Virus record (IMG/VR): IMGVR_UViG_3300025000_000001
Origin: an uncultured virus (IMG/VR IMGVR_UViG_3300025000_000001)
Taxonomy: Duplodnaviria; Heunggongvirae; Uroviricota; Caudoviricetes
Reading direction: 5' to 3' (one strand)
Length of the DNA stretch: 64,000 bases
The translations under genes and the position numbers were made by a program. This document shows, piece by piece, positions 8,717 to 17,812 of this stretch. How positions within the stretch are numbered: position 1 is the first letter of the stretch; every line of letters starts with the position of its first letter. The notes under the pieces are model-generated. The model was not told the origin of the DNA, ran no database searches, and saw only the letters and a program-made list of their open reading frames with translations.

Positions 8717-11292
8717 TCTTCCTCTTTCAACGTTTGGGGATTGACAATCTCATATCCAGTTAACCAGATATCAAACTTGTCAGGAATATCTTCCCAACCA
8801 GATTCGGTTTTACGAACAGAGTTTTTCTTTTCAAAATATTTACACAAAACAATATCTCCTGGGTTGATAGGATTGTTTTCAAAGAGGTTCTTTCTAATTT
8901 TCAACGTTGCTGTAGTTCCTTTAGCCAAACAGTAAATTTCAATCTTTGGAGAATATTTGATTTCAATTTTATTGACATAAACATACTTCGGATTGAGTTT
9001 GAAAGTAGAAGCGACTCTTCCTAAGATAACCACATTGGCTCCGATCTGATGTCCAATGGGGAGGGATTCGTTTGGGAGTTCGCTGTATAACTTACGCAGT
9101 TCTTCCATACGCTTATCCTTTGATTTCTGAGTTAACTTGGCAGTATATTTATTCTTGCCTTTGCGAAATTCCTCAAAGATTGTCAGTAAACGTTTATTTT
9201 TTCCATACTTTGAAAAATAATTCACCAGAATAAGGTCTTCAAACTTAGATGAAACTAGACCATTATCTTCGGCGTAAATTAACATTTCCAAAAAGTCAGT
9301 ACCCTCAAACTCTCTTTGCAGGCGAATCAGATTGCCGACAACCTGATTGCTTAGGTTTTTTATACCATCCAACTTGTTTAGAAGTTCTTCTCTGTCTGTA
9401 GCGTCCTGTTCTTCTGCTTCTGATTTTGGCATTTCGAGAAATTCATCGTCTACAAACGGAATGAATTCGTAATCGTCATCTTTTATCTTTTCAATGTATT
9501 TTAATACGTCAGATAGATAATATTCGTAGTTTATGTCGTAGTTTTCAAAAGGAACTCGATCATCATAGTCATTCAAAATTCTAACTTTATTACCAACCAT
9601 AAGACCAATTTCATTACCTCGAACCTTATGCCGCTTGATGAGCGTTCCTCCACCTACAGACACATAAAAACGATTATTCTTTTGTAAGTTAATTACCGAT
9701 CCATCTTCTTTATGGTATTCTAGTTGAAAGTCAGAACCAGTTTTCTGAGAAATACAAAAGTCGAAAATATCATGGGATGATCTCAAAGTTTCTTCTACGG
9801 GTTTTTCGTTGATAAAATATTCGTACATACACTTTGGAACAATCGGATGGATATAACCTTTATTGAGTTCTACTTCTCGCAAATATCGACCCTTCTCTTT
9901 TGTTTTCCCATCTGGTTTTTTGGTAACATAATTGTTAACGTCAGATCGAACATATAAATCATAATCAGTATATTCGAGAGAAAATCCGGTTGATTGTTCC
10001 CATTCTTTACAAACTTCAAAATAGCTACTTTCCAGATTGCGGGGAATCTTAGAAACAATACCGTCCGTATTAGCTGAGATAACTCGAATACCCGCCAATA
10101 CCAGCGATTCTATCAACATCAAAAGATACAATTGACCCGAAACAGTTACACCTAAAAGTGCCTGAGCATCTTCTAGCCAAAATGTGCTGCTGTTTAGCTT
10201 ACCAAAAATTGAGTTAATAGTAATTTTTAATCCTTCAGCTTTTACTTTATTTCCAGATTTTTTGGCATCAATACGTTCTTGTGTAAGTTTAGTCAGAATC
10301 TTTGTAAAATCTTCTCCGAGATGTGCTGGTCGAATGTTGTTCTTAATCATCATGCTAGGATAGTATGAACTCGCGTCGCAATCTCTAATTATGTATTCTG
10401 AATCGGATACAAACTTTCTAGGATCATCATCGCTGTGCAATCCACCAGAACCCATTTTGTATGAAGTTCCACCAAATTCAAACACTTTGGTATATCCGAA
10501 ATTCTTTTCCTGCCGAACCAAAGTATTTTCTACCTCTCGCTTAACTCTCTTCAGGCGATTTGTTTTGAATTCGATTCCGCTTCCAAGACAATATCCAACC
10601 AGTAAACGAGAGTGGGTTGTTCTAAGACCCTTGAGCTTAGATAATTCTATACCCGATTCTTCAACGTATAGCTTTTCCAGAATAAGATTTCCCATTTTAC
10701 TATCGCTTGCGGAAGAAAGGTCTACACCAAACAATTCTCCAACATCTTTTCTCAGTTTTATCTTATCTTGAATTCTATCAAACAATTTTCTAGTTATCTG
10801 AACATCGTTTAAGTTGTATGACAAAATTGTTTTTACATCTGATTCTTTTACTGTGGCGTCGTAATTCAAAGGTAAGTCTTGAATTTTATACCAATTCAGA
10901 TTAATACCAACCTGTTTCAAACCAGTAAGGCCATCAAAAGCCATGATCTTCATCAGATCAACATCTTTCCAAGATCGTTTGGCCGTTCTAATCTTTCTAA
11001 TTCTTCCGTCAAATCTGGAAGAATCTGAGATGAGAGAAGATGATAGATCGAATATTTCTTCTGGAATGTTTACTTCGGTATTGAACATGGCTGCTAAAAC
11101 AGCACCGTCATATTCTAGGTTATTGTATCCAATTAGAATTAAATCTTCTTGTGATAGAAACTGTTTCATTGCTGGCGTTTCATCAGTTCCATCAAACAAA
11201 ACAAAAGATCGAACTTCTTTGGTATCAACACTTTCAAATGTTGCACAAAAGAAGTTGGGGAATACTTCAATGTCATAAACGTACTTAGGCAT
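8713..11292 (-). CDS. Family B DNA polymerase with 3'-5' exonuclease and a C-terminal DnaE-like HhH/OB extension
   Basis: ExoI YDIEV, ExoII GYNN..YD, ExoIII YNLNDV; polymerase motifs DASSYYP, K...NSIFGK and ANTDG. Confidence 0.9.
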   Translation of the reverse strand: MPKYVYDIEVFPNFFCATFESVDTKEVRSFVLFDGTDETPAMKQFLSQEDLILIGYNNLEYDGAVLAAMFNTEVNIPEEIFDLSSSLISDSSRFDGRIRKIRTAKRSWKDVDLMKIMAFDGLTGLKQVGINLNWYKIQDLPLNYDATVKESDVKTILSYNLNDVQITRKLFDRIQDKIKLRKDVGELFGVDLSSASDSKMGNLILEKLYVEESGIELSKLKGLRTTHSRLLVGYCLGSGIEFKTNRLKRVKREVENTLVRQEKNFGYTKVFEFGGTSYKMGSGGLHSDDDPRKFVSDSEYIIRDCDASSYYPSMMIKNNIRPAHLGEDFTKILTKLTQERIDAKKSGNKVKAEGLKITINSIFGKLNSSTFWLEDAQALLGVTVSGQLYLLMLIESLVLAGIRVISANTDGIVSKIPRNLESSYFEVCKEWEQSTGFSLEYTDYDLYVRSDVNNYVTKKPDGKTKEKGRYLREVELNKGYIHPIVPKCMYEYFINEKPVEETLRSSHDIFDFCISQKTGSDFQLEYHKEDGSVINLQKNNRFYVSVGGGTLIKRHKVRGNEIGLMVGNKVRILNDYDDRVPFENYDINYEYYLSDVLKYIEKIKDDDYEFIPFVDDEFLEMPKSEAEEQDATDREELLNKLDGIKNLSNQVVGNLIRLQREFEGTDFLEMLIYAEDNGLVSSKFEDLILVNYFSKYGKNKRLLTIFEEFRKGKNKYTAKLTQKSKDKRMEELRKLYSELPNESLPIGHQIGANVVILGRVASTFKLNPKYVYVNKIEIKYSPKIEIYCLAKGTTATLKIRKNLFENNPINPGDIVLCKYFEKKNSVRKTESGWEDIPDKFDIWLTGYEIVNPQTLKEEE

Positions 11293-11485
11293 CAATATCA
11301 ACTCCGTTTACAAACACAGCATACGGCTCATTATCCCATCCCTCGTTTAGATTTTCTTCATAATACTCGACGGTAACGGTATAATACCCACTGTTTAAAT
11401 TATAATTTACATATATCCGACGATCTTTCAATGATTTTGATGTTTTAATAGCTTCGTTCATTGCTTGTTCGTATGTAGAGTACAT
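11285..11485 (-). CDS. Small hypothetical protein, tandem paralog A
   Basis: Shares MY.T...A...A, YV.YN, YY, GWD..P.A.F..G with 11499-11690. Confidence 0.7.
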   Translation of the reverse strand: MYSTYEQAMNEAIKTSKSLKDRRIYVNYNLNSGYYTVTVEYYEENLNEGWDNEPYAVFVNGVDIDA

Positions 11486-11498
11486 TTTAGACTCCTAG

Positions 11499-11690
11499 TT
11501 AAACTTCTTTTCCCGAATTAAAGATTGCAACTGGATTCAAATCCCATCCCCCAGTTTCTTCATCGGGATAGTATCCTTCACTTACAAAAAACCAATCGCC
11601 GCTTCGATTATATGAAACGTAAACATATTCTCCGGTAAATTTAGATTCGCTCTCGGCAAACTTCAGCGCATCGTCCAACGTGTTATACAT
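11499..11690 (-). CDS. Small hypothetical protein, tandem paralog B
   Basis: GGAGG RBS before ATG at 11690; similarity to the adjacent gene. Confidence 0.7.
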   Translation of the reverse strand: MYNTLDDALKFAESESKFTGEYVYVSYNRSGDWFFVSEGYYPDEETGGWDLNPVAIFNSGKEV

Positions 11691-11780
11691 ATTTCCTCCA
11701 AGTGAAAATAAAATCCTAGTCAAATGACTTGTATATCAATCAACTAGGATTCTATCATAAAATCTTGGTTTTGTCAAGGG

Positions 11781-12566
11781 TCAACCTGAGAAATATTTAC
11801 AGGTTCCATCACCAAAACTACATAGGTTTTCGCAATAAAATTTATTGCCGTTACTCGTATTCCCAACAAATTCTTCTTCTTGATTGATTTCTTCAATTAC
11901 TCCCAAGAACCATTCAACAGCCTCTTGTGCTTTCACTGGATCAAATATTTCAATGTGAGTTTTACCGTTTACAATAAACCAGACATGAATTTCATCAATC
12001 GCAATTCCCTGAGTTTGCCAAACGAAATAACAATAGAGGTAGAATTGCCGCAAATAATTCAACATTTTGGTGGAGTCTAATTTTCCGTTGGCTTTATATC
12101 CATTTGCGGTTTTAAAATCTATCAGAATATTCTTTCCGGTTGATTTTTCTCTAAGAACTAGATCGGGCTTTACTGTCAACTTAATTCCGTTATGCTCAGT
12201 TTTTATATCTGCTTCGATCAGCAATATTTCCCATAGAGTTTTATCAAAGGTAAAATTCTCAAAGAAATTCAATCCATTGTTATAATAGTTCTCAGCAGCA
12301 TTTTTGATAAATCTCGGAAACGGTAAATATACATTTTCTGTATATTTACTGATATAGAAATCTTTTAACTCTGAGTGTTCTAGTTCACCTGAGAAGTATT
12401 TTTCTAGGATAAGATGACAATATGATCCAAATTGGCCCCAACAATTTTGTCTACGTTCTTCTGATTCAATGTAAGTTAAGTAAAAATTCTGCTTACAACC
12501 TTCAAAGTTTGTGACAGAAGAAAAGGAATAACGCATATTGTCGAGAATGAAATCATAACTAGACAT
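11781..12566 (-). CDS. Cas4/RecB-like PD-(D/E)XK exonuclease
   Basis: SFSS....EGC, GSYCH.ILE, KPDLV, LIDFKT, QFYLY and a C-terminal C..LC.....C cluster (probable Fe-S staple). Confidence 0.85.
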   Translation of the reverse strand: MSSYDFILDNMRYSFSSVTNFEGCKQNFYLTYIESEERRQNCWGQFGSYCHLILEKYFSGELEHSELKDFYISKYTENVYLPFPRFIKNAAENYYNNGLNFFENFTFDKTLWEILLIEADIKTEHNGIKLTVKPDLVLREKSTGKNILIDFKTANGYKANGKLDSTKMLNYLRQFYLYCYFVWQTQGIAIDEIHVWFIVNGKTHIEIFDPVKAQEAVEWFLGVIEEINQEEEFVGNTSNGNKFYCENLCSFGDGTCKYFSG

Positions 12567-12568
12567 TT

Positions 12569-14491
12569 TTATTCATCCTCTGCCCATTCCGGTTCTTCTA
12601 TATGAACGTTTGGATCATCTGTTCTCAATGGCGAATCATCCGTGTTCCAAGCATATCTCTTCCAAAGTTCTTGGGGATCAGTATAAAACCTAAGAGACGG
12701 AACATCAAAATATACATTAACGCTTCCCAAAGTTCCGGTGTATCGATTCTTGATGATTGAGATTCTTTGGTCATGCTCGATTGGTTCTCCTCCTTTTTTA
12801 CCGGGCCTACCCCTTTTTTCTTCATCTGAATATCTATGTACCGCAATCGCGTACTGAGAAAGGTTTCCGATGTCACTAGAGCCAGCAATGTCATACAAAT
12901 TAAGTCTGTTGTCCGATCCAATTCCGGGTTTTTTTGGGTGGCTGACTAATACCACTAAAACGTTGAATTTGGCGGCAAAACCCTTCAATTTAATAATCAA
13001 TTCTTTTTGTTTTTGCCAAGTGTTAGTATCATTTGTTCCGTCTATCCCGATGGTTGTAAGATTATCAAAAATGACAACTTTCACTCCAAATCTGCGAACA
13101 ACCGTTTCCGCTCGATTCAGAATACTAACGAGGGAATTATCGTCTTCGTTGTCATATGCCCAGATTCTTCCTTTTGCCCAATCTTTAATCTTTGCTTTTA
13201 CTACAGGTTTTACCGATCTGATATGATTGTTTTTCATGGAAATATTCTCTCTACCAGCAGCCTGGCAATAAATCCAAGAGCGAAGGATTGGTTTAGGCAT
13301 TTCTCCTGAGAAAATAAAGACATCTTGGCCTTGATCTAGTGGCTGCAAAACAAAAAGTTGATTTAATAAAGACGATTTTCCCGCTCCTGGCCGACCAGTT
13401 ATTAGAACTACGCTTCCAAAAACAAATTTATAAAGCATGTCATCCAATCCGCTGATTCCAGTGAACAATCCCGGTGAACTTTCGATATCAAAATCCTCTA
13501 CGTCATTCAAATCAACAACGTTCTGTACGTCTACTTGCTGTGCGTTTGCGATAAACTCAAGAACTTTTTCTTTGCCAAAGTTATATAAAACTTCGTTGGC
13601 ATCTTTCACTCGAATCAGTCTTTCCCCACTATCAATTTGAAGGGGAAGATCAACATATTTCGTTCTCCAAGCCCCAAGCCGAGAAGTTACTTCTCTTCGC
13701 ATGTCCAATCCAGGTTTATCGTTATCTGACCAAACAATGATTTCCGAGAACTGTTCCAACCAATCAAAATTTTCCTCAATCCATTTGTAATTTCCTGCCC
13801 CAAACGGAACGGAGACTGCGTTCAGGTAGCCAGATTCGATAATTGAAATCAGATCACCTTCGCCTTCACAAATACAGAGAGGCTTCTCTGGATTAATGCG
13901 ATTCATATTGTATAAAATATTTTTAGTAGAGGCGTCTTTTTGCGCCCAAAACTTATCCTCTCCTTTGTTTACCTTTCTGGATGGTCGATATTTAACCATC
14001 GTTAAAACATCCCCGGTGTCATAATAATTTAAAACGGTGTTTCCGCGAGAGTCTTGTTGAACGTCTAAGTAATCGAGAGTTTCTTTAGAAATTCCACGAA
14101 TTTTCCAATATTCCTCAACCTTTGATCTATCTTCAGAAAAGTCATATTTCGGATATTTATAATCCTTGTCTGTTTTCAATCCCTTTTCAGAGAAAGAAAA
14201 CTTAATTCCTTCTTCACTCAACAGTCTTTCTGCGGCAGAGATAAATGACAATTTATAAAATCCAATATAATGATCTAAAATGCCATATCTCTTTCCACAA
14301 GAAAAACATTTGAAAGCAAAATCTTTATTGCTCCAAATAAAACTAGGCGTATTTTCTCGATGAAATGGGCAACAACCCTTCATGGAAAGTTCGTCCCATC
14401 CTTCAATCTCTAAATCTTTGGCAATCAAGGTTGCCGCTTTTTCTCCATATTTTTCTTTAGCTTCAATAAGTAATTCTTTTGGGATCAGCAT
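12569..14491 (-). CDS. DNA primase-helicase (Zn finger, TOPRIM and DnaB-like SF4 helicase; T7 gp4/Twinkle-like)
   Basis: CCPFH...CFSC, CEGEGD, SDNDKPG, KDANE, Walker A GRPGAGKS, FDNL, VSHPKK, DIAGS and KNR. Confidence 0.93.
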   Translation of the reverse strand: MLIPKELLIEAKEKYGEKAATLIAKDLEIEGWDELSMKGCCPFHRENTPSFIWSNKDFAFKCFSCGKRYGILDHYIGFYKLSFISAAERLLSEEGIKFSFSEKGLKTDKDYKYPKYDFSEDRSKVEEYWKIRGISKETLDYLDVQQDSRGNTVLNYYDTGDVLTMVKYRPSRKVNKGEDKFWAQKDASTKNILYNMNRINPEKPLCICEGEGDLISIIESGYLNAVSVPFGAGNYKWIEENFDWLEQFSEIIVWSDNDKPGLDMRREVTSRLGAWRTKYVDLPLQIDSGERLIRVKDANEVLYNFGKEKVLEFIANAQQVDVQNVVDLNDVEDFDIESSPGLFTGISGLDDMLYKFVFGSVVLITGRPGAGKSSLLNQLFVLQPLDQGQDVFIFSGEMPKPILRSWIYCQAAGRENISMKNNHIRSVKPVVKAKIKDWAKGRIWAYDNEDDNSLVSILNRAETVVRRFGVKVVIFDNLTTIGIDGTNDTNTWQKQKELIIKLKGFAAKFNVLVVLVSHPKKPGIGSDNRLNLYDIAGSSDIGNLSQYAIAVHRYSDEEKRGRPGKKGGEPIEHDQRISIIKNRYTGTLGSVNVYFDVPSLRFYTDPQELWKRYAWNTDDSPLRTDDPNVHIEEPEWAEDE

Positions 14492-14524
14492 ATTTTCACC
14501 TTTATTACCTCTCATTCTAATATT

Positions 14525-14556
14525 TAGGCCGAAGGAAAACGAATCCCTTCGGCCTA
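14525..14556 (-). terminator. Intrinsic terminator-like hairpin after ssb
   Basis: Perfect 11-bp stem TAGGCCGAAGG / CCTTCGGCCTA. Confidence 0.65.
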
Positions 14557-14581
14557 TTTTACCAGTTATTTTTCTTGTGAG

Positions 14582-15025
14582 TTAGAACGGAAGTTCTTCT
14601 TCCTTATCTTCAACCTCATTGGAAAATGGCTCGTCATCATCCTGCTCAAACTTAGGATGCGAAGTCTTCTTTGCGGAAGATTTCTTAGAAGATTCCGCAG
14701 GTTCATCTTCGCTTTCTGAGAAATTGAAAACCGTGAATTTCGGAGTCTTTGCGTATTGAACATCGCCGTTCTTATCGGTATACTTTTCTTTAGCGAAAGT
14801 TGCACCCTTCAAAAAGATGGTAACGCCGCCCTTATCAGGAATTTCTAAATCCTGAAGTTTTTCGTAGGCTTTACCAACAAAATTTGCAAGCCAATCACTA
14901 GCAACATATTCTTCGCTTTTCTTATCTTTACGGGAGGAACCAAGTTTTACAACTGCGAATTTTCCCTTATCTTCAAAGACGCCCCAAACACGAACTCGCT
15001 GACCATCGGCAATATTTAGAGACAT
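14582..15025 (-). CDS. ssb: Single-stranded DNA-binding protein
   Basis: OB-fold-like N-terminus; acidic tail ending EEELPF; lies between the Sak4-like ATPase and the primase-helicase. Confidence 0.85.
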   Translation of the reverse strand: MSLNIADGQRVRVWGVFEDKGKFAVVKLGSSRKDKKSEEYVASDWLANFVGKAYEKLQDLEIPDKGGVTIFLKGATFAKEKYTDKNGDVQYAKTPKFTVFNFSESEDEPAESSKKSSAKKTSHPKFEQDDDEPFSNEVEDKEEELPF

Positions 15026-15028
15026 AGT

Positions 15029-16048
15029 TTATTCCTTTTCCTTTTTATTCGAAACCTTATTTGAAACCAAAACTTCCAAAGCAACAATTAGATTGTTTAG
15101 AGTTTCAACGGACTTGATCTTATTGGGATTACCCGATTCTCCAACATGGGATTTTACAGTCTTCATCAATTCATCATTCTTTGAACCGCCAAGCTCCTTG
15201 ATGAGACTAATCGCTTTTTCTTGCAAATCCTTTAGACTTTTTTCTTCTTCTTCTCGCCGTTCTTCATCACTTTTCTTTGTGGCAACGACCTGTTTTTCAG
15301 TATCTACAGCTTCATCCAACCACTTCATCAAGTCTTTGCCAACTTGAGGTGTAATCTTCACATATTTTTGATCGAAAATAGAGGTGCGATCCTTGCTGCC
15401 AAAAGCGGTATGTTCACTATCAATGTCCAAAAAAGTAGTAAACTCGAATTCCATCCCATCTCGTTGAACTGGGTTCATACCGAGTTTCTTTACAATGGTC
15501 TTACCCTGGTCGTTCTTTTCTTGAACATATTCTGTCTTAGAACGCATGGTTGCAATAATGTGCATTTTTGATTGCAACATAACATCCACAAAACGATTGT
15601 GCATTGGGGTAACTTCACGCCAAGCGGTATAGCTGTTCCCACTCTTCTTAGTGGCAGTACCTTGCTGTTCCAGTAAACCGCCCTGACCAGCCCAAAGATG
15701 CGTAGTGCTATCAATAATACAAACTTCAATGAAGTTTTCCTGGCATAGTTCAATTGCTGAAACATATTTTTCTGCGGTAAAGGGTTGGGTCAAAGTAACA
15801 ACATTGTATTCGCCAATCCGAAGATCATCTACAACCTTGTTTACATAGAGTTCACCGCTGCCGTTTTCGGTATCAATAATCGCCACTTTTTCCCAAAGTT
15901 CTTCCGAAGAAAGTTTGGGGTACTTCTGTTTTAGAAGACCGTAAGCAATCAACAGAGAGCCGAGAGTTTTACCCCCACCACTAGGCGCAGACATACCTAG
16001 ACGCAAATACGCCCGACTACGTTGAGCCTTTTTAAGTTCTAATGCCAT
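15029..16048 (-). CDS. Sak4-like / AAA_24 single-strand annealing ATPase
   Basis: Walker A APSGGGKT, IDTENGS, IIDSTTHLW, HIIATMRSK and QRDGMEFEF; adjacent to ssb. Confidence 0.88.
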   Translation of the reverse strand: MALELKKAQRSRAYLRLGMSAPSGGGKTLGSLLIAYGLLKQKYPKLSSEELWEKVAIIDTENGSGELYVNKVVDDLRIGEYNVVTLTQPFTAEKYVSAIELCQENFIEVCIIDSTTHLWAGQGGLLEQQGTATKKSGNSYTAWREVTPMHNRFVDVMLQSKMHIIATMRSKTEYVQEKNDQGKTIVKKLGMNPVQRDGMEFEFTTFLDIDSEHTAFGSKDRTSIFDQKYVKITPQVGKDLMKWLDEAVDTEKQVVATKKSDEERREEEEKSLKDLQEKAISLIKELGGSKNDELMKTVKSHVGESGNPNKIKSVETLNNLIVALEVLVSNKVSNKKEKE

Positions 16049-16428
16049 TTAATTTTCTCCTTTAAGAATTGAAATTTTCTGAATAACCATTTCTGGATCA
16101 CAAACAATATCAGCACCTTCATTAACCCCCATTCCAAAATGAATCAAACCAAAATCGTCTTTTAGTTCTCTTGCCAATTTTGTTCTTCGGCCAACATGAA
16201 TTAACATTAGTTCAATTAATTCATCTTCTTCAAATTTATGAATTTGCTTTTCGGCATATTCATAGGAACTGAAGCCTTTCGGTCTGCAATTCCAAATTTT
16301 CAGACCCTTTTCTGAAAGAAGCCTATCTAGTTGTTTTTCGGCCTTTGGAGGGCCAGATAATAAAATAACAATTTTGTTTCTCATTTTTCATTGTTTTCCT
16401 TTCTGTAGTGTGTTGTTTTTCGTACTAG

Positions 16429-16502
16429 CGCACTCGACAGGGGACGATCCTGCATACCTTTGGCTTAGAAGGCCACTGCTCCTCCAATTGAGCTACGAGT
16501 GC
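16429..16502 (-). tRNA. tRNA-Arg (UCU)
   Basis: Acceptor stem GCACTCG/CGAGTGC; D arm TAGCTCAATTGG; anticodon loop CT-TCT-AA; atypical T loop ATCGTCC; no encoded CCA. Confidence 0.85.
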
Positions 16503-16508
16503 ATAAGG

Positions 16509-16581
16509 CTCCCAGATTAGGACTTGAACCTAAAAACCAATCAGTTAACAGCCGATTGCTCTACCATTGAGCTACCTGGGA
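16509..16581 (-). tRNA. tRNA-Asn (GUU)
   Basis: Acceptor stem TCCCAGG/TCTGGGA; loop CT-GTT-AA; GGTTCAAGTCC. Confidence 0.92.
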
Positions 16582-16588
16582 ATATTTT

Positions 16589-17020
16589 TACGGAATAGAG
16601 GAATGAAATAAACTATTTGCTAATAACCTTCACAGAAGGCTTTACAGGCTCATTGAAAGTCAATTCAACAGTAAGTAGACCATTCTCCAAGAACCATTCT
16701 ACTTCTCTCAAAGACTTCACATAAAATGAAGTAGAGAACTGAAATAATTTGTCCAAACTCTCATTTTTAGTAGAAGCAGAAACCTTCAATAGTTGAATGT
16801 TTGGATTGTCGGTTGCATCAACATCAATATTGACATCTTCCTTATTGACACCAAGAGCATTCATAACCACCAGCAATTTGCCATCTTTTTCGATTGTCTG
16901 ATACCCCCGACTTTCGTGAAAGGGGCGACGGAACCAATAACTATCAGAAGTGAAAAAATCGTAAAGTGTAGTCATATCATTTTCCTCCAAAATTATAAAT
17001 TATTGTTCCTCTATTCCGTA
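16589..17020. repeat. 15-bp perfect inverted repeat flanking hsp20 (16589-16603 and 17006-17020)
   Basis: TACGGAATAGAGGAA and its reverse complement TTCCTCTATTCCGTA. Confidence 0.9.
16613..16975 (-). CDS. Small heat-shock protein (Hsp20 / alpha-crystallin family)
   Basis: ALGVNKEDVNIDV, LKVSA and LENGLLTVEL motifs; GGAGG RBS. Confidence 0.8.
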   Translation of the reverse strand: MTTLYDFFTSDSYWFRRPFHESRGYQTIEKDGKLLVVMNALGVNKEDVNIDVDATDNPNIQLLKVSASTKNESLDKLFQFSTSFYVKSLREVEWFLENGLLTVELTFNEPVKPSVKVISK

Positions 17021-17021
17021 G

Positions 17022-17118
17022 TGGGTGTAAAAGGATTCGAACCTTTACTATTTAGTGCCTTGCGAGGGTCTTCTCCTTATAAGAGAGAGGCTTTCACCTG
17101 AATTTAAGCTATACACCC
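17022..17118 (-). tRNA. tRNA-Ile (UAU) with an unusually long (about 25 nt) variable region
   Basis: Acceptor stem GGGTGTA/TACACCC with discriminator A; anticodon stem TCTCT/GGAGA; loop CT-TAT-AA; GGTTCGAATCC. Confidence 0.82.
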
Positions 17119-17179
17119 GATCTAACTTTCCTAATTCTATCACACTTTCAAAATCCTGTCAAGGGTCAGTTTTGCCCAG

Positions 17180-17261
17180 TCGAGAAGAAGGGGGTCGAAC
17201 CCTTATGCCTTTCGACGCATGATTCTAAGTCATGCCTGTCTGCCAATTCCAGCACTTCCCG
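17180..17261 (-). tRNA. tRNA-Leu (UAG)
   Basis: Acceptor stem CGGGAAG/CTTCTCG; GGAATTGGCAGAC; stem CATGA/TCATG with loop CT-TAG-AA; variable arm; GGTTCGACCCC. Confidence 0.92.
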
Positions 17262-17332
17262 GTTTTATATTTATACTCTTTTCAAATCAAAACAAGTATA
17301 AAAGTCAAGGGTGATTTCACTATCAAAAACTA

Positions 17333-17812
17333 TCAGGTTTCGGAATAGAAAGAAGAAAAGTCAGTTTCGAGATATTCAACGCGCCAAACATAGTGTTCTC
17401 TCTTATCGCCTGGAAAATATGCTTTTCCTAAGCTAGACTTACTCTCATTCAAATTATCTAAAGTGTTCCAATACCATTCTTTTAAACCAATGATGTAGAA
17501 TACAATTCTGACTGGTATCTTATCTGATTTCTGTATTGTAATATAATCCTCAAAGTGCGTTACGGGAATGGTTACACCAAATCCATCATAGAGTTTCTGT
17601 AGTGTTTTTACTTCAATTCTAAGAATAACTTCTTGTCCATTGTTGTAAACCACAATATCTGGACAGGCGCAATCTTTGTCTTCAACTTTTACACATTGAG
17701 TTCCGTTTTCGTCCTGAAAAACTTCACAGGATATTCCTTTCGCCTGTAATCTTTCTGCGAATTTAGTTTCCCAAACTCTGCCTTCTCTGAGTTTTTTAGC
17801 GAAAGAACTCAT
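17333..17812 (-). CDS. PD-(D/E)XK restriction-endonuclease-like protein (paralog 2)
   Basis: EGRVWE, CPDIVV, RIEVKT, PVRIVFY. Confidence 0.7.
   Translation of the reverse strand: MSSFAKKLREGRVWETKFAERLQAKGISCEVFQDENGTQCVKVEDKDCACPDIVVYNNGQEVILRIEVKTLQKLYDGFGVTIPVTHFEDYITIQKSDKIPVRIVFYIIGLKEWYWNTLDNLNESKSSLGKAYFPGDKREHYVWRVEYLETDFSSFYSET

Noticed and set aside
11781..12566. Cas4-like gene as part of a CRISPR-Cas system
   Set aside because: No array or other cas genes; the Sak4/SSB/primase context indicates a recombination exonuclease
17181..17261. tRNA with 'TAG' as an amber suppressor or evidence of recoding
   Set aside because: Anticodon UAG reads Leu CUA codons; long genes are intact under the standard code and TAG is used as a stop
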